In this document: piece by piece, positions 24,889 through 35,665 of the stretch
How positions within the stretch are numbered: position 1 is the stretch's first letter
Layout: every line of letters begins with the position of its first letter
From: a virus
Taxonomy: Duplodnaviria > Caudoviricetes
Reading direction: 5' to 3' (one strand)
DNA length: 64,000 nt
Virus record (IMG/VR): IMGVR_UViG_2974723488_000001
Location: 1 to 64,000 of that record
Notes under the pieces: generated by a model
Databases searched by the model: none
The model's input: only the letters and a program-made list of their open reading frames with translations
What the model was told of the DNA's origin: nothing
Made by a program: the position numbers and the translations under genes

Positions 24889-26217
24889 ATGGAACAAACT
24901 ACCCCTGCTATGCCGCTGAATGCAGATCAACTCGCGGCGGCCGAAGGCTTCTTTGAAAGTCTCTTTCGGCCTGAAGAAAAGGAGATCAACATCACCGGAC
25001 CCGGTGGGGTTGGTAAGACCTTCACGATGGCTTACATGATCGACTTCATCATGCCCCGCTATTTCCAGACGTGCGAACTGATGGGAATCAAGCCGGAGTA
25101 CGACGAAGTTGTCATGACGGCAACCACCAACAAGGCAGCAGAAGTGCTGGCTGCGGCTACTGGCCGTGAAACGGTCACGATCCATTCCCACTTGGGTCTG
25201 ACCATCAAGAACAACTTCAAGACAGGTGAAGTGGACCTGATCAAAGGTCGTAGCTGGAAGGTGCATGAACGCCAAATCGTCTTCATCGACGAAGGCTCCA
25301 TGATCGACTATAAGCTGCGGACTCTGATCAACGAAGGTCTGCTGAACTGCAAGATCGTGTACGTCAGCGATCATTGTCAGTTGCCCCCGGTGATGGAAGA
25401 GATTTCTCCCATCTATACCCAGGGCTTCCCTCGATATCACCTGTCCATTCCGATGCGTACCAACGTACCGGAACTGCTGGAACTGAACGCCCACTTCCGC
25501 GACATCGTGGAAGGCAACAAGGACTGGGGTGACATCAAGGTCACTCCCGGAATCGTGGATTACATCCCCGGTGGTCCTCAAGGTGGCCAGGAAATCCAGA
25601 AGCTGATCCGCGAATACTTCGTGAATCGTGCCGGTGAAGCTCGCATGTTGGCGTATACCAATCGCCGTGTGCTGGACTACAACACGTTCATCCGTAGTGA
25701 ACGTGGCATTCATGGTGAGTTCGCGGAAGGTGAAGAGTTGGTTTCCAACTCGGCAGTCCAACTGAGCACTACTCAGCGACTGTCCATCGAACAAGAAGTC
25801 ACCATCAAGGAGCGTGGCAACATCATTCATCAGATCCCCATCGAAGGTGATGTGTATCTGGAATGCCGTAGCTGCACTCTGGATCTGGGCTACGGTGGCA
25901 CCATAGAACACATCATGGTTCCTTGCGACTATGATCACTTCCACGCCTTGGTCAAGCACTACGCACAGACCAAGAACTGGCAGATGCACTTCGCCTTGAA
26001 GGAGAAGTACCCGGACTTGCGATCCAAGGATGCAAGCACGGTGCATAAGAGCCAAGGAAGCTCATTCGATGTGGCCTTCCTGGATCTGACGGATCTGTCC
26101 ACCTGCCGCAATCCCAAGGTCGCTGCTCGTATGTTCTACGTTGCTGTGTCTCGTGCTCGCAAGCGCGTGATCATGTACGGAGAACTGGCGGAGAAGTACG
26201 GCCGCATTGTTGTCTAA
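24889..26217 (+). CDS. SF1 (Dda/RecD-like) DNA helicase
   Basis: GPGGVGKT, IDEGSM, QLPPV, TVHKSQGSS, YVAVSRAR. Confidence 0.92.
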   Translation: MEQTTPAMPLNADQLAAAEGFFESLFRPEEKEINITGPGGVGKTFTMAYMIDFIMPRYFQTCELMGIKPEYDEVVMTATTNKAAEVLAAATGRETVTIHSHLGLTIKNNFKTGEVDLIKGRSWKVHERQIVFIDEGSMIDYKLRTLINEGLLNCKIVYVSDHCQLPPVMEEISPIYTQGFPRYHLSIPMRTNVPELLELNAHFRDIVEGNKDWGDIKVTPGIVDYIPGGPQGGQEIQKLIREYFVNRAGEARMLAYTNRRVLDYNTFIRSERGIHGEFAEGEELVSNSAVQLSTTQRLSIEQEVTIKERGNIIHQIPIEGDVYLECRSCTLDLGYGGTIEHIMVPCDYDHFHALVKHYAQTKNWQMHFALKEKYPDLRSKDASTVHKSQGSSFDVAFLDLTDLSTCRNPKVAARMFYVAVSRARKRVIMYGELAEKYGRIVV

Positions 26218-26227
26218 GGAGGCTGCT

Positions 26228-26749
26228 ATGCAGTTGACGGAAGCATCCCTAGTAGCCAAAACCAACAGTTGTGCGTTGGTGAAGGAACTGTTCAAAGCCG
26301 AGTTGCGTCGGCTGGATGGACTGTTGGAGGAAATCGCTTTGGCGAATGACCGCATCAAGGGCATTCCTTTCACTGCGGGTTTCCTCTTCAATGGTGAATT
26401 CTACAAACGCAACACGGCCAGGAACACTCCGGGCCGTGGAGAGAAAGTAGATCTGGATTACTCGTTGACCGACCAGATGCTGTCCTTCTGCAAGGAAACG
26501 GCTCTGCTGCTCAATGACATCCAGATGATCAACCAGATGGTTTTTCGGTTGGTCAAAGGCTGTGAAACGAACCAAGATGTGCGTGATGCTCTGCCTGAAT
26601 GCCTTGCTGGATTCAGCGAAGCAATGCGTGCATTACCCAGAACCAGGGAAGCTGGATACACCCTGGAAGGCGATGAGCGTGCTCAACGTCAGTATGCAAA
26701 GATTCTGCCCCGAATGGAGTTCTATTCCGTGATGGGCTTGATCTACTAG
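26228..26749 (+). CDS. conserved N4-like hypothetical protein (gp38-like)
   Basis: QDVRDALPECL..LPRTRE motif; synteny between helicase and polymerase. Confidence 0.7.
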   Translation: MQLTEASLVAKTNSCALVKELFKAELRRLDGLLEEIALANDRIKGIPFTAGFLFNGEFYKRNTARNTPGRGEKVDLDYSLTDQMLSFCKETALLLNDIQMINQMVFRLVKGCETNQDVRDALPECLAGFSEAMRALPRTREAGYTLEGDERAQRQYAKILPRMEFYSVMGLIY

Positions 26750-26759
26750 GAGAGGTGCT

Positions 26760-29348
26760 ATGCACTTTGCTACCTATGGGAGCAATCCCACAGGGGCTTA
26801 TAAGATCGCTATCCTCGTCTCAACTATCCGCAAGGATGAAATCAAGTCGGCCTACATGGACCGATTTGGTATCAAGGACGAGGATGTGATTGTGATGGAT
26901 CTCCATCAGGCTCCTGGAAAAAAGAAGACTCCTGTGAAGGAGATCAAGGAATACATTCAGGAAGAGGTGTACCCACGTCTGCTGGACTATCAAATCCAGT
27001 ACGTGGTGTGTGCTGATCCTGAATATTTCAAGGTGCTATCCGGCTTACCGAAAGCGGACGTGAATCTCGGCTATGTGGTGGACTCCATCATCGATGGTGT
27101 GAAAGTTCTCTACGTGCCGAACTATCGTTCGATCTTCTATGACCCGCCCAAGGTCAAAGCCAAGATTGCACTCGGGATGGACGCTCTCGTTGCTGCCATG
27201 AGCAACACGTACATCCCCCCTGGTTCCAACATCATCAAGTTTGCGGAGTATCCGCGAACGACTGATGAGATCAAACAGTGGTTGCTGAAGTTGTTGGCGA
27301 TGAAGAAGCCTCTGGCTATCGACATCGAAGCATTCGATCTGAAGCACCACAAAGCAGGAATCGGCACGATCACTTTCTGTTGGTCCAAGAGTGAAGGCAT
27401 TGCTTTCCCCGTGGACTATCAGGAAATTCCTGGGGCTACCTCTGCTCCTTATGGAAAGAACGTGCGCAACGAAGATGTGCGGAACATGCTTCGGGAGTTC
27501 TTCGAGCACTACATGGAAACTGCGCTGTATCACAATGCAGCGTATGACGTGTATGTGCTCATTTATCAGCTATTCATGGCTGACATATTGGACACCGAAG
27601 GGTTGCTCAAGGGGATGGAGATCCTCATGAGGAACTATCACTGCACCAAGCTCATCACTTATCTGGCAACGAACAGTTGTGCAGGAAATAAGCTGGGCTT
27701 GAAAGAGCAAGCACAGGAGTATGCAGGCAACTATGCGGTGGAAGAGATCAAGGACATCACCTTGGTTCCGCTGCCCAAGCTGCTTGAGTACAACTTGGTG
27801 GACGGTCTGTCCACTTGGTACACCTTCGAGAAGCGTTATCCCCAGATGATTGCTGATCAACAGGAGGAAGTGTACGAAGGCTTGTTCAAGGATGCGAATC
27901 TGGACATTGTTCAGATGCAGTTGACGGGCATGCCCATCAACCAGAAGAGGGTGGCAGAGGTCAAGGCGATCATGCAGAAGGACCACGATGTGGCCATGAG
28001 CACGATCCTCAACAACCAAGCAGTGATTTCATTCACTGACGTGCTGAACCAGAAATGGGTAACAGCAAAGAATGCCAAGCTGAAGGTGAAGCGAGTATCT
28101 CTGGCCGACGCCAAAGAGGTCTTCAATCCCAACAGCAATCCTCAGCTTCAATCGTTGCTTTTCGAGTTCCTGAAGCTGCCGGTGCTGGGACTCACCGATA
28201 GCAAACAACCATCCACTGATGGCGACACCATCAAGAACTTGCGGAACCATACCAAGGATCCCGTGATTCATGAACTGCTCAATGCACTCATGGACTACAA
28301 CGCAGTGAACAAGATCCTCACAAGCTTCATTCCAGCAATGGAAGAGGCTGCATTGGGTCCGGATGGTTGGCACTACCTCTTCGGCAATTTCGTGCTGGGT
28401 GGCACGGTATCTGGGCGTCTGTCCAGTAACTCCCCGAACCTTCAGAATCTGCCCGCCAAGGGCAAGTATGCAAAGCTGATCAAGTCTTGCTTCCAGGCAC
28501 CGCCTGGATGGATTTTTGCAGGATTGGATTTCGCTTCTCTTGAAGATCGGATCTCTGCCCTCACAACGAAAGACCCGAACAAGCTGAAGGTGTACACCGA
28601 TGGCTATGACGGTCACTGCCTACGAGCGTTCTCCTACTTCGGAGACCAGATGCCCGACATCGTGGATACGGTGGAAAGCATCAACTCGATCCAGGACAAA
28701 TACGGCGTCCTCCGTGGTGAATCGAAAGCACCGACCTTTGCCCTGACCTATCAAGGCACTTGGATCACGCTGATGAAGAACTGCGGCTTCTCGGAAGAGA
28801 AAGCCAAGCTGGTGGAACGTCGCTACCACGAGCTTTACCAGCACAGCACTCAATGGGTGCAGGACAAGCTGGATCAAGCGGCCAAGGATGGCTACATCAC
28901 AGTGGCCTTCGGTCTGCGTCTACGAACTCCCCTGCTCTATCAGGTGATTCGTGGAACCAGAAGCACTCCCTATGAAGCGGAAGCCGAGGGACGGACTGCT
29001 GGCAATGCCCTGGGGCAAAGCTGGTGCCTGCTGAATAGCAGAGCATGGTCCGAATTCATGGGCAAGGTGAGGAAGTCGGAACACCGGCTGACGATCCGTC
29101 CATGCGCCCAGATTCACGATGCAGGTTACGCACTGATCAAGGATGACATTTCTGTAGTCATGTACATGAATGAACATTTGGTCAAGGCCGTGAACTGGAA
29201 CGAGCATCCGGATATCTACCATCCAGATGTTGGTTTGGGTGGGGATTTGTCCCTGTTCTACCCATCGTGGGAAAAAGAAATCACCATCAGCAACGGAGCC
29301 TCCGAAGCCGATGTCATTGCAACCATACAAAAGGCCATGCAACCATGA
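26760..29348 (+). CDS. family A DNA polymerase (N4 gp39-like)
   Basis: exo DIE/HNAAYD/YNLVD; SGRLSS..PNLQN; motif A DFASLE, motif B R..SKAPTFALTYQG, motif C QIHDA. Confidence 0.95.
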   Translation: MHFATYGSNPTGAYKIAILVSTIRKDEIKSAYMDRFGIKDEDVIVMDLHQAPGKKKTPVKEIKEYIQEEVYPRLLDYQIQYVVCADPEYFKVLSGLPKADVNLGYVVDSIIDGVKVLYVPNYRSIFYDPPKVKAKIALGMDALVAAMSNTYIPPGSNIIKFAEYPRTTDEIKQWLLKLLAMKKPLAIDIEAFDLKHHKAGIGTITFCWSKSEGIAFPVDYQEIPGATSAPYGKNVRNEDVRNMLREFFEHYMETALYHNAAYDVYVLIYQLFMADILDTEGLLKGMEILMRNYHCTKLITYLATNSCAGNKLGLKEQAQEYAGNYAVEEIKDITLVPLPKLLEYNLVDGLSTWYTFEKRYPQMIADQQEEVYEGLFKDANLDIVQMQLTGMPINQKRVAEVKAIMQKDHDVAMSTILNNQAVISFTDVLNQKWVTAKNAKLKVKRVSLADAKEVFNPNSNPQLQSLLFEFLKLPVLGLTDSKQPSTDGDTIKNLRNHTKDPVIHELLNALMDYNAVNKILTSFIPAMEEAALGPDGWHYLFGNFVLGGTVSGRLSSNSPNLQNLPAKGKYAKLIKSCFQAPPGWIFAGLDFASLEDRISALTTKDPNKLKVYTDGYDGHCLRAFSYFGDQMPDIVDTVESINSIQDKYGVLRGESKAPTFALTYQGTWITLMKNCGFSEEKAKLVERRYHELYQHSTQWVQDKLDQAAKDGYITVAFGLRLRTPLLYQVIRGTRSTPYEAEAEGRTAGNALGQSWCLLNSRAWSEFMGKVRKSEHRLTIRPCAQIHDAGYALIKDDISVVMYMNEHLVKAVNWNEHPDIYHPDVGLGGDLSLFYPSWEKEITISNGASEADVIATIQKAMQP

Positions 29349-29794
29349 GCACGAAGCAATCGAGCAACACCGCCCCCAAGTACCACCACTGGCTCATCTG
29401 CGCCCTGGTGGTGTTCCAGATCAAGGATCCCAAGCCCGGTGAAGATGCCGGTGCTGCCATGCAGGTCAATGCCGTCCTGCACACCAAGGAAAAGAACATC
29501 ACCGCCGCCGACATGGGCCGTGCTCAAGCCGTCGTCATGCACAACTTCACCGACAAGGTGCAGGACGAGCGCATGAAGATCATGGACATCGTGTGGCAGA
29601 ACCTGTCGCACATGGGCTACATGAGCCAGGCTGAATACCTGGGAGCCAAGGAAGGCCAGGCCCTGGTCGAACGTGAAGTTCCCCGCACCTCCAGCGGCGA
29701 GAGCCTGGAGAAGACCCCTGCCCGTGTCCTGTCGGTCATCGAAGGTGGCAAGCCTGTCCCCACTTCCGACGGCGTGGCCCCCGGCGAGGACTAA
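29345..29794 (+). CDS. hypothetical protein (gp40-like)
   Basis: ATGA overlap; NLSHMGYMS motif. Confidence 0.65.
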   Translation: MSTKQSSNTAPKYHHWLICALVVFQIKDPKPGEDAGAAMQVNAVLHTKEKNITAADMGRAQAVVMHNFTDKVQDERMKIMDIVWQNLSHMGYMSQAEYLGAKEGQALVEREVPRTSSGESLEKTPARVLSVIEGGKPVPTSDGVAPGED

Positions 29795-29797
29795 GCC

Positions 29798-30268
29798 ATG
29801 GCTGCGGAAAATTCGGGAGGACGGGTAAACTACTACCTCGTCAGCGTGGATCACCCGCAGCGTGAGGAACAGCCTGCCTACCAAGCAGAGTGTGAGGACA
29901 TCATCGAAGCTCTGGAACTCAACTTCGATGAAGCCAACATCTTCAAGGAAATCTGGCGTACCGCTCGCGCTCACCAGGGATCCAAGAAGGAAGGCAATAC
30001 CACCCTGCGTGCAGCCCAGAAGATCGTGCATTACGCAGGTCGTATCCTTCGTCGAGTCACCCGCCAGCAGGCGACTGCTGTTCAGGATGGCTGGATGGCT
30101 TGGGGTGGCAGGCTGATATCACCGATGGAATTGAAAAGCACAGACGCTGTGTTGATCAAAACCAAGGATGGCAATTCGTCAGGGCCGTACCACGTCATGG
30201 ACTTGCAGTGGCAGCATGACAAAAGTGCCAGTGACGGTTCCAAAATAACGCACTACCGCAAGGTGTGA
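29798..30268 (+). CDS. gp41-like protein (DUF3310-like N-domain plus extra C-terminal domain)
   Basis: SGGRVNYY, ECEDIIEALELNFDEANIFKEIWR, KIVHYA. Confidence 0.65.
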   Translation: MAAENSGGRVNYYLVSVDHPQREEQPAYQAECEDIIEALELNFDEANIFKEIWRTARAHQGSKKEGNTTLRAAQKIVHYAGRILRRVTRQQATAVQDGWMAWGGRLISPMELKSTDAVLIKTKDGNSSGPYHVMDLQWQHDKSASDGSKITHYRKV

Positions 30269-30272
30269 TCCC

Positions 30273-30298
30273 AAGCCCCCATAGTCTGGGGGCTTTCT
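30273..30298 (+). terminator. Rho-independent terminator
   Basis: AAGCCCCCA-TAGTC-TGGGGGCTT-TCT. Confidence 0.7.
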
Positions 30299-30317
30299 AA
30301 TCTTCAGGAGATCAGCA

Positions 30318-31310
30318 ATGCGTATCACCAACCTCGCAGGAGTGTCACTGCCCTTGGCAGTGTGGCTCCTGTATGACGAGTACGACTACATCAAAGAGGA
30401 AAACTACATCAGTGCCACTGGCCTGATGAAGCCTCTGCGACAGATCGTGCTCGCCAATCGGGTGGACAAGGAAACTCAGTCCCTCGATGTGCTGGATCTG
30501 TTCCGCTCTTCACTGGGTCATGCTCTGCATGATTCCATCGAGAAGGCATGGCTCAAGGGCCACCGCCGCAGTCTCAAGCTGCTGGGCTATCCCGAGAATG
30601 TCATCGACATGGTACGGATCAACCCCACCGATGCCGAACTGGCGGCCACTCCTGGCTGCATTCCGGTGTACATGGAGCAACGGAACATCCGTGAGATTGA
30701 AGTGGACGGTCACGTCTACAAGATCGGCGGCAAGTTCGATCTGTGTATCGAAGGCATGTTGCAGGACTACAAGTCCACTTCAGCCTTTGTCTGGGTCGCA
30801 GGTTCCCGTGACGATGAACATCGTGAACAGGGAAGCATCTATCGTTGGCTGCATCGTGACAAGATCACCAGCGACCATATCCGCATCAACTACATCTTCA
30901 CGGACTGGAAGAAGTACGAGACGAAGAACAACCCGAAGTATCCCGAGCATCCCATCATGCACAAGGACATTTCGTTGTGGTCGATAGCGGAAACGGAAGA
31001 GTGGATCAAAGCCAAGATCCGCCAGATCATCAAACACCAGGATGCACCCGAACCCAAGATTCCGGAATGCACTGACGAAGAACTGTGGAAGTCCGATCCG
31101 GTCTACAAGTATTTCTCCGATCCGGAGAAAGCCAAGATTCCTGGTTCGCGTTCCACCAAGAACTTCGACAGCATGCCTGAAGCTCGCGTCTTCATGATGA
31201 CCGAGAAGAAGGGCAAGGGAACCATTGTGACTGTGCCAGGAGAACCCAAACGGTGCAGCTACTGTGGTGTATTCGACGTGTGCAGTCAAAAGGACAGGTA
31301 CATCAAATGA
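30318..31310 (+). CDS. PD-(D/E)XK (Cas4-like) exonuclease (gp42-like)
   Basis: LGHALH, GGKFD, DYKST, QGSIY, C-terminal CSYC..C. Confidence 0.85.
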   Translation: MRITNLAGVSLPLAVWLLYDEYDYIKEENYISATGLMKPLRQIVLANRVDKETQSLDVLDLFRSSLGHALHDSIEKAWLKGHRRSLKLLGYPENVIDMVRINPTDAELAATPGCIPVYMEQRNIREIEVDGHVYKIGGKFDLCIEGMLQDYKSTSAFVWVAGSRDDEHREQGSIYRWLHRDKITSDHIRINYIFTDWKKYETKNNPKYPEHPIMHKDISLWSIAETEEWIKAKIRQIIKHQDAPEPKIPECTDEELWKSDPVYKYFSDPEKAKIPGSRSTKNFDSMPEARVFMMTEKKGKGTIVTVPGEPKRCSYCGVFDVCSQKDRYIK

Positions 31311-33469
31311 GCATTGACCTCACCGGGGTCACGCACCACCCCGCAATCGAACAGATTGTGGATGTGTTGTGCAACAAGACCCAGAACACTGACCGGGGGT
31401 TCTTCCGTGTCGAGGCGGCCTACTTCTTGGCGAAGATGGCTGCATCGCAGCGGGCAACCATCGTCACCAAGGATCGTGGCGAAATCCCGGTCAACATCTA
31501 TGCCTTGGCCTTGGCAACATCGGGCTATGGCAAGGGCCACAGCGTGAACATCGTGGAAACGGAGTTCCTCGCTGGGTTCAAGAAGCGTTTCGTTGAGGAA
31601 ACGATGCCTCTCCAGGCCGACCAGCATCTTTGGTATCTGGCCAATTCCCGTGCTGCACGCAACGGGAGTGATCAACAGGAAGAGTACGACAAGCTGGCGA
31701 AGGAATATCACCGCCAGGGAACGTATCCCTTCACCTTCGACTCTGGTACTGCACCGGCCGTTAAGCAACTGCGTCATCGCTTGTTGCTGGCTAACTGTGG
31801 TTCCATCAACCTCCAGATCGACGAGATTGGTTCCAACCTCGTCAATGAAGTCGAAGTGCTCAACGTGTTTCTGGAACTGTATGACCAGGGCATGGTGAAG
31901 CTGAAGCTCGTCAAGAACACTGCGGATAACACCCGTGGTGAGGAACTGGATGGAAAGACTCCTGCCAACATGCTGCTGTTCGGTACTCCGAGCAAGCTGC
32001 TGGATGGTGGACAGACTGAAAACCTGTTCTACGACTTCCTGGAAACGGGCTATGCCCGTCGTTGTATCTTCGGCATTGGTCAACAGGACCGCAAGGCCAT
32101 TCACAGCCAAACGCCCGAAGAGATCTACAAGCGTCTGACGGACACCAGCAATTCGTCCACGGTGAGCCATTGGGCAACCCACTTCCATTCGCTGGCTGCA
32201 CCCACGAAGTTCGGTTGGAAGATGCAAGTGGAAGATGATGTCGGCATTGCGCTGATCGCCTACAAGGCGGACTGCGAGATGCAGGCAGAAGCCATGGCAG
32301 ACCACGAAGAAATCCGCAAAGCGGAAATCAGCCACCGTTACTTCAAGGCTCTCAAACTGGCAGGTGCGTTGGCATTCGTGGATGAGTCCATGGAAATCGA
32401 AATGGACCACCTGAAGCAAGCCATCCTGCTGGTGGAAGAATCCGGTACTGCATTCCAATCGATCCTCAATCGTGAGAAGACCTATGTCAAGCTGGCCAAG
32501 TATCTGGCAAGCGTCGGCACGGAACAAACTCACGCAGATCTGCTGGAAGCGTTGCCCTTCTACAAGAGCGGCAATGCTGCTCGAAACGAGATGATGACCT
32601 TGGCTATCGCCTGGGGCTACAAGCAACACATCATCATCAAGAAGACGTATGTCGATGGTATCGACTTCTTCCGTGGGGAATCCCTGAAGGAGACCGATCT
32701 CAACGACATGATGCTGTCGTACAGCGACAACTGGGCCTATGGCTACAGCAAGGATCCGAACAAGATCCCGTTCGACAAGCTCCACGTCTTGACCCAGGCA
32801 CCTGGTATGCACTGGGCCAACCACTACTTCAAGAAAGATCATCGTGCAGAAGAGAATGCAATTGCAGGCTTCAACATGATCGTGATCGACGTGGACGGCG
32901 ATGTCTCGCTGGAGACGTGTCACGAACTGATGAAGGACTACAAGTTCATGACCTACACGACGAAGCGACACACCGAAGAGGAAAATCGCTTCCGTCTGAT
33001 CCTGCCGATGAACTACACGCTGGAACTGGACTCCGAGGAATACAAGGAATTCATGAACAACGTGATGGAGTGGCTTCCGTTCAAGACGGATGAGTCGGCC
33101 AATCAGCGATCCAAGAAGTGGATGACCTGCGATCAGGGCAGCTACCACTACAACATGGATGCGCCTTTGCTGGATGTGCGGGACTTCATCCCCCGCACGA
33201 CCAAGAACGAACAGTTCAAGCAAGGCATGCAGAAGGTTGAATCGCTGGACAATCTGGAGCGTTGGTTCGCCCAACGGATTGCTACGGGTAACCGGAACAA
33301 TCACATGCTCAAGTTTGCCCTGGCTCTGGTGGACTCGGGCAAGGAGTTTGGTGAGGTGCGGACCTTGGTTCACGCCTTCAACAAGAAGCTCAACAATCCC
33401 TTGGATACCGATGAGCTTGACTCCACCGTGTTGGTGACCGCTGCGAAGCGCTATAACGCCAACAATTGA
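31307..33469 (+). CDS. DNA primase (N4 gp43-like; N-terminal P-loop, C-terminal PriCT)
   Basis: SGYGKG, IDEIG, VIDVDG, YTTKRH..RFRLILP, GNRNN. Confidence 0.88.
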   Translation: MSIDLTGVTHHPAIEQIVDVLCNKTQNTDRGFFRVEAAYFLAKMAASQRATIVTKDRGEIPVNIYALALATSGYGKGHSVNIVETEFLAGFKKRFVEETMPLQADQHLWYLANSRAARNGSDQQEEYDKLAKEYHRQGTYPFTFDSGTAPAVKQLRHRLLLANCGSINLQIDEIGSNLVNEVEVLNVFLELYDQGMVKLKLVKNTADNTRGEELDGKTPANMLLFGTPSKLLDGGQTENLFYDFLETGYARRCIFGIGQQDRKAIHSQTPEEIYKRLTDTSNSSTVSHWATHFHSLAAPTKFGWKMQVEDDVGIALIAYKADCEMQAEAMADHEEIRKAEISHRYFKALKLAGALAFVDESMEIEMDHLKQAILLVEESGTAFQSILNREKTYVKLAKYLASVGTEQTHADLLEALPFYKSGNAARNEMMTLAIAWGYKQHIIIKKTYVDGIDFFRGESLKETDLNDMMLSYSDNWAYGYSKDPNKIPFDKLHVLTQAPGMHWANHYFKKDHRAEENAIAGFNMIVIDVDGDVSLETCHELMKDYKFMTYTTKRHTEEENRFRLILPMNYTLELDSEEYKEFMNNVMEWLPFKTDESANQRSKKWMTCDQGSYHYNMDAPLLDVRDFIPRTTKNEQFKQGMQKVESLDNLERWFAQRIATGNRNNHMLKFALALVDSGKEFGEVRTLVHAFNKKLNNPLDTDELDSTVLVTAAKRYNANN

Positions 33470-33526
33470 GAAACCGACCAGTCCTTTGCTTGGTCTTAGC
33501 GACTGGTCATTTCCAGTGAGGAAACC

Positions 33527-34291
33527 ATGAGCGATACGCAAGAAGACCTCGAACCTATCGAGGTAAATGATCAGCTAGTGCTGATTGCAGGATTCTCTGG
33601 TGAAGGAAAGAGCGCAAGCTTGCGCAACATCCGGAACCAGGAACGATGGGTGTACTTGAACTGCGAAGCTGGTAAGCGGTTGCCGTTCAAGAACAACTTC
33701 CGGAATGTACGGGTCACTGATCCGTATGAAGTGCTGTCGTATTTCGACGAATGCACCAAGCCGGAAAACATCGATAAGGTCGATGGCATTATCATCGACT
33801 CGTCCACCTTCCTGATGGACATGTTCGAGTCGCAGTATATCGTCGGAGCCAGGGACACCATGGCCGGATGGGCTGCGTACAACCAGTTCTTCAAGTCGCT
33901 GATGCAGCAGCGAGTCACGTTGTTTGGCAAGCCTGTCATCATCTTGGCTCACTTGCTGGATGTGCTCGACGAGAAGAACATGGAAATCAAGACCAGTGTG
34001 CCCGTCAAGGGTGCATTGAAGAACAACGGCATTGAAGCCTACTTCAGTACCGTCGTTGTTGCCAAGAAGGTTCCCATCAAGGAACTGGAGAAGTTCGGCA
34101 ACAAGATGCTGGAGATCACCGAAGACGAGAAGGAACTCGGTTTCAAGCACGTCTTCCAAACCCGCATCACCCAGAAGACCACCGGCTATCGTATCCGCAG
34201 CCCGATGGGCATGTTCACTCGTGAACAGACCTACACGGACAACTGCGCACAAAAGCTGTTGGATCACCTCACCGAATTCTACGGCGTCTAA
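33527..34291 (+). CDS. Sak4-like AAA ATPase (gp44-like)
   Basis: GFSGEGKS, IIIDS, ILAH, RSPMGMF. Confidence 0.85.
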   Translation: MSDTQEDLEPIEVNDQLVLIAGFSGEGKSASLRNIRNQERWVYLNCEAGKRLPFKNNFRNVRVTDPYEVLSYFDECTKPENIDKVDGIIIDSSTFLMDMFESQYIVGARDTMAGWAAYNQFFKSLMQQRVTLFGKPVIILAHLLDVLDEKNMEIKTSVPVKGALKNNGIEAYFSTVVVAKKVPIKELEKFGNKMLEITEDEKELGFKHVFQTRITQKTTGYRIRSPMGMFTREQTYTDNCAQKLLDHLTEFYGV

Positions 34292-34319
34292 GCCGTAGCG
34301 CATTACAAGGAAACACATC

Positions 34320-35093
34320 ATGAGCACTCTGTTCTCCAGCCTCGCCGACTCGACCAAAGGCATGGAAGCCGCCAAAGACTCCCTGGGCGGATTCCGCGCC
34401 CGTGAGTCGGACCTGTACGATGCGATCCTGAAGGTCGCTTACGTGGGCCAATCGGCTGGTGGCGCGAACTTCATGGAACTCGTCTTCACCCTGGCCGACG
34501 GCACCGACTACAAGGAACGCCAGTTCTTCACCAGCGGCAAGGACAAGGGCCAGAAGCCGTACTACGAGAAGGGCGACAAGAAGCTGCCCCTGCCCGGCTA
34601 CACCATCGTGAGCGACCTGCTGCGCATCACCGCTGGCACCACCCTCGAAACGACCGAGTTCGAGGAAAAACAGGTCAACGTCTACGACGCCGACCAGAAG
34701 AAGGATCTGCCGAAGGCCGTCATGGTCCCGGTCGAAGCCCTGGGCAAGAAGGTCACGCTGGGTATCCAGAAGGTTCTGGAAATCAAGCAGAAGAAGAACG
34801 AAGCCACCGGCGAATACGAGGACACGGACGAAACCCGTGAAATCAACCAGATCGACAAGCTGTTCGACACCGACAGCGGCCTGACCGTCGTCGAAGCTCT
34901 GACCGCTCATCAAGCTGGCAACGACAAGCCGGAACCCGTCTTCCGCGACGAATGGCTCAAGGCCAACCAAGGCAAGACCCGTGACAACACCAAGAAGGGC
35001 GGCGCCAAGGGCAATGCCGGAGCCAAGGAAGCCCCGAAGGCTGCTGGTGCTACCGGTGGTGCTCCGGCCGTCAAGAAGTCGCTGTTCGGCTGA
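34320..35093 (+). CDS. ssb: single-stranded DNA-binding protein / late transcription activator (N4SSB-like)
   Basis: DSLGG, LPGY, REINQIDK, C-terminal KKSLFG; synteny. Confidence 0.88.
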   Translation: MSTLFSSLADSTKGMEAAKDSLGGFRARESDLYDAILKVAYVGQSAGGANFMELVFTLADGTDYKERQFFTSGKDKGQKPYYEKGDKKLPLPGYTIVSDLLRITAGTTLETTEFEEKQVNVYDADQKKDLPKAVMVPVEALGKKVTLGIQKVLEIKQKKNEATGEYEDTDETREINQIDKLFDTDSGLTVVEALTAHQAGNDKPEPVFRDEWLKANQGKTRDNTKKGGAKGNAGAKEAPKAAGATGGAPAVKKSLFG

Positions 35094-35095
35094 TC

Positions 35096-35656
35096 ATGCG
35101 TATCCCGATCCTCGGCATGGACCCCAGTATGCGGAACTGGGGTTTGGCATTCAGCCACTTGGATCTGGAAGATGGAACCATGGATCCCCCGACCCTCGCT
35201 GTCGTGAAAACGGCAGAAGAGGCGAAGGGGAAACAGGTCCGCATGAACAGCTATGACATCGAGCAGGCTCAGACGCTGTATGGGGAGGTTCTTCCCATGG
35301 CTCTGGCCAGCAAGGTGATATTCGTAGAGGTTCCCCATGGTTCCCAAAGTGCATCCGGCATGAAGGGGTATGGCATGTGCATCGGGATTCTCGGTGCATT
35401 GCGTGCTCAAGGCATCCCCTTCATCGAAGTGACGGAAAGCGAGTCCAAGAAGTTGTTTGCGGGTGACCGCAATGCAACCAAGGACATGATGATCCAAGCT
35501 GCCAGAAGCTGGTATCCCACAGCCAACTGGCCGATGCACAGCGGAAAGATCAACGCATCCAAGGCTGAACACATGGCAGATGCTATCGCTGCCATTCACG
35601 CGGGGGTTCGTACCTCGCAATTTCAACAACTCATCAGGCTGCTGAAAGCAGTCTAG
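35096..35656 (+). CDS. RuvC-like Holliday junction resolvase (gp46-like)
   Basis: ILGMDPSMRNWG, FVEVP, ATK, EHMADAIAA. Confidence 0.85.
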   Translation: MRIPILGMDPSMRNWGLAFSHLDLEDGTMDPPTLAVVKTAEEAKGKQVRMNSYDIEQAQTLYGEVLPMALASKVIFVEVPHGSQSASGMKGYGMCIGILGALRAQGIPFIEVTESESKKLFAGDRNATKDMMIQAARSWYPTANWPMHSGKINASKAEHMADAIAAIHAGVRTSQFQQLIRLLKAV

Positions 35657-35665
35657 GAGAGCATC

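Noticed and set aside
30318-31310. Cas4-like nuclease as evidence of CRISPR
   Set aside because: Core N4-like replication gene; no repeat-spacer array seen anywhere in the window.
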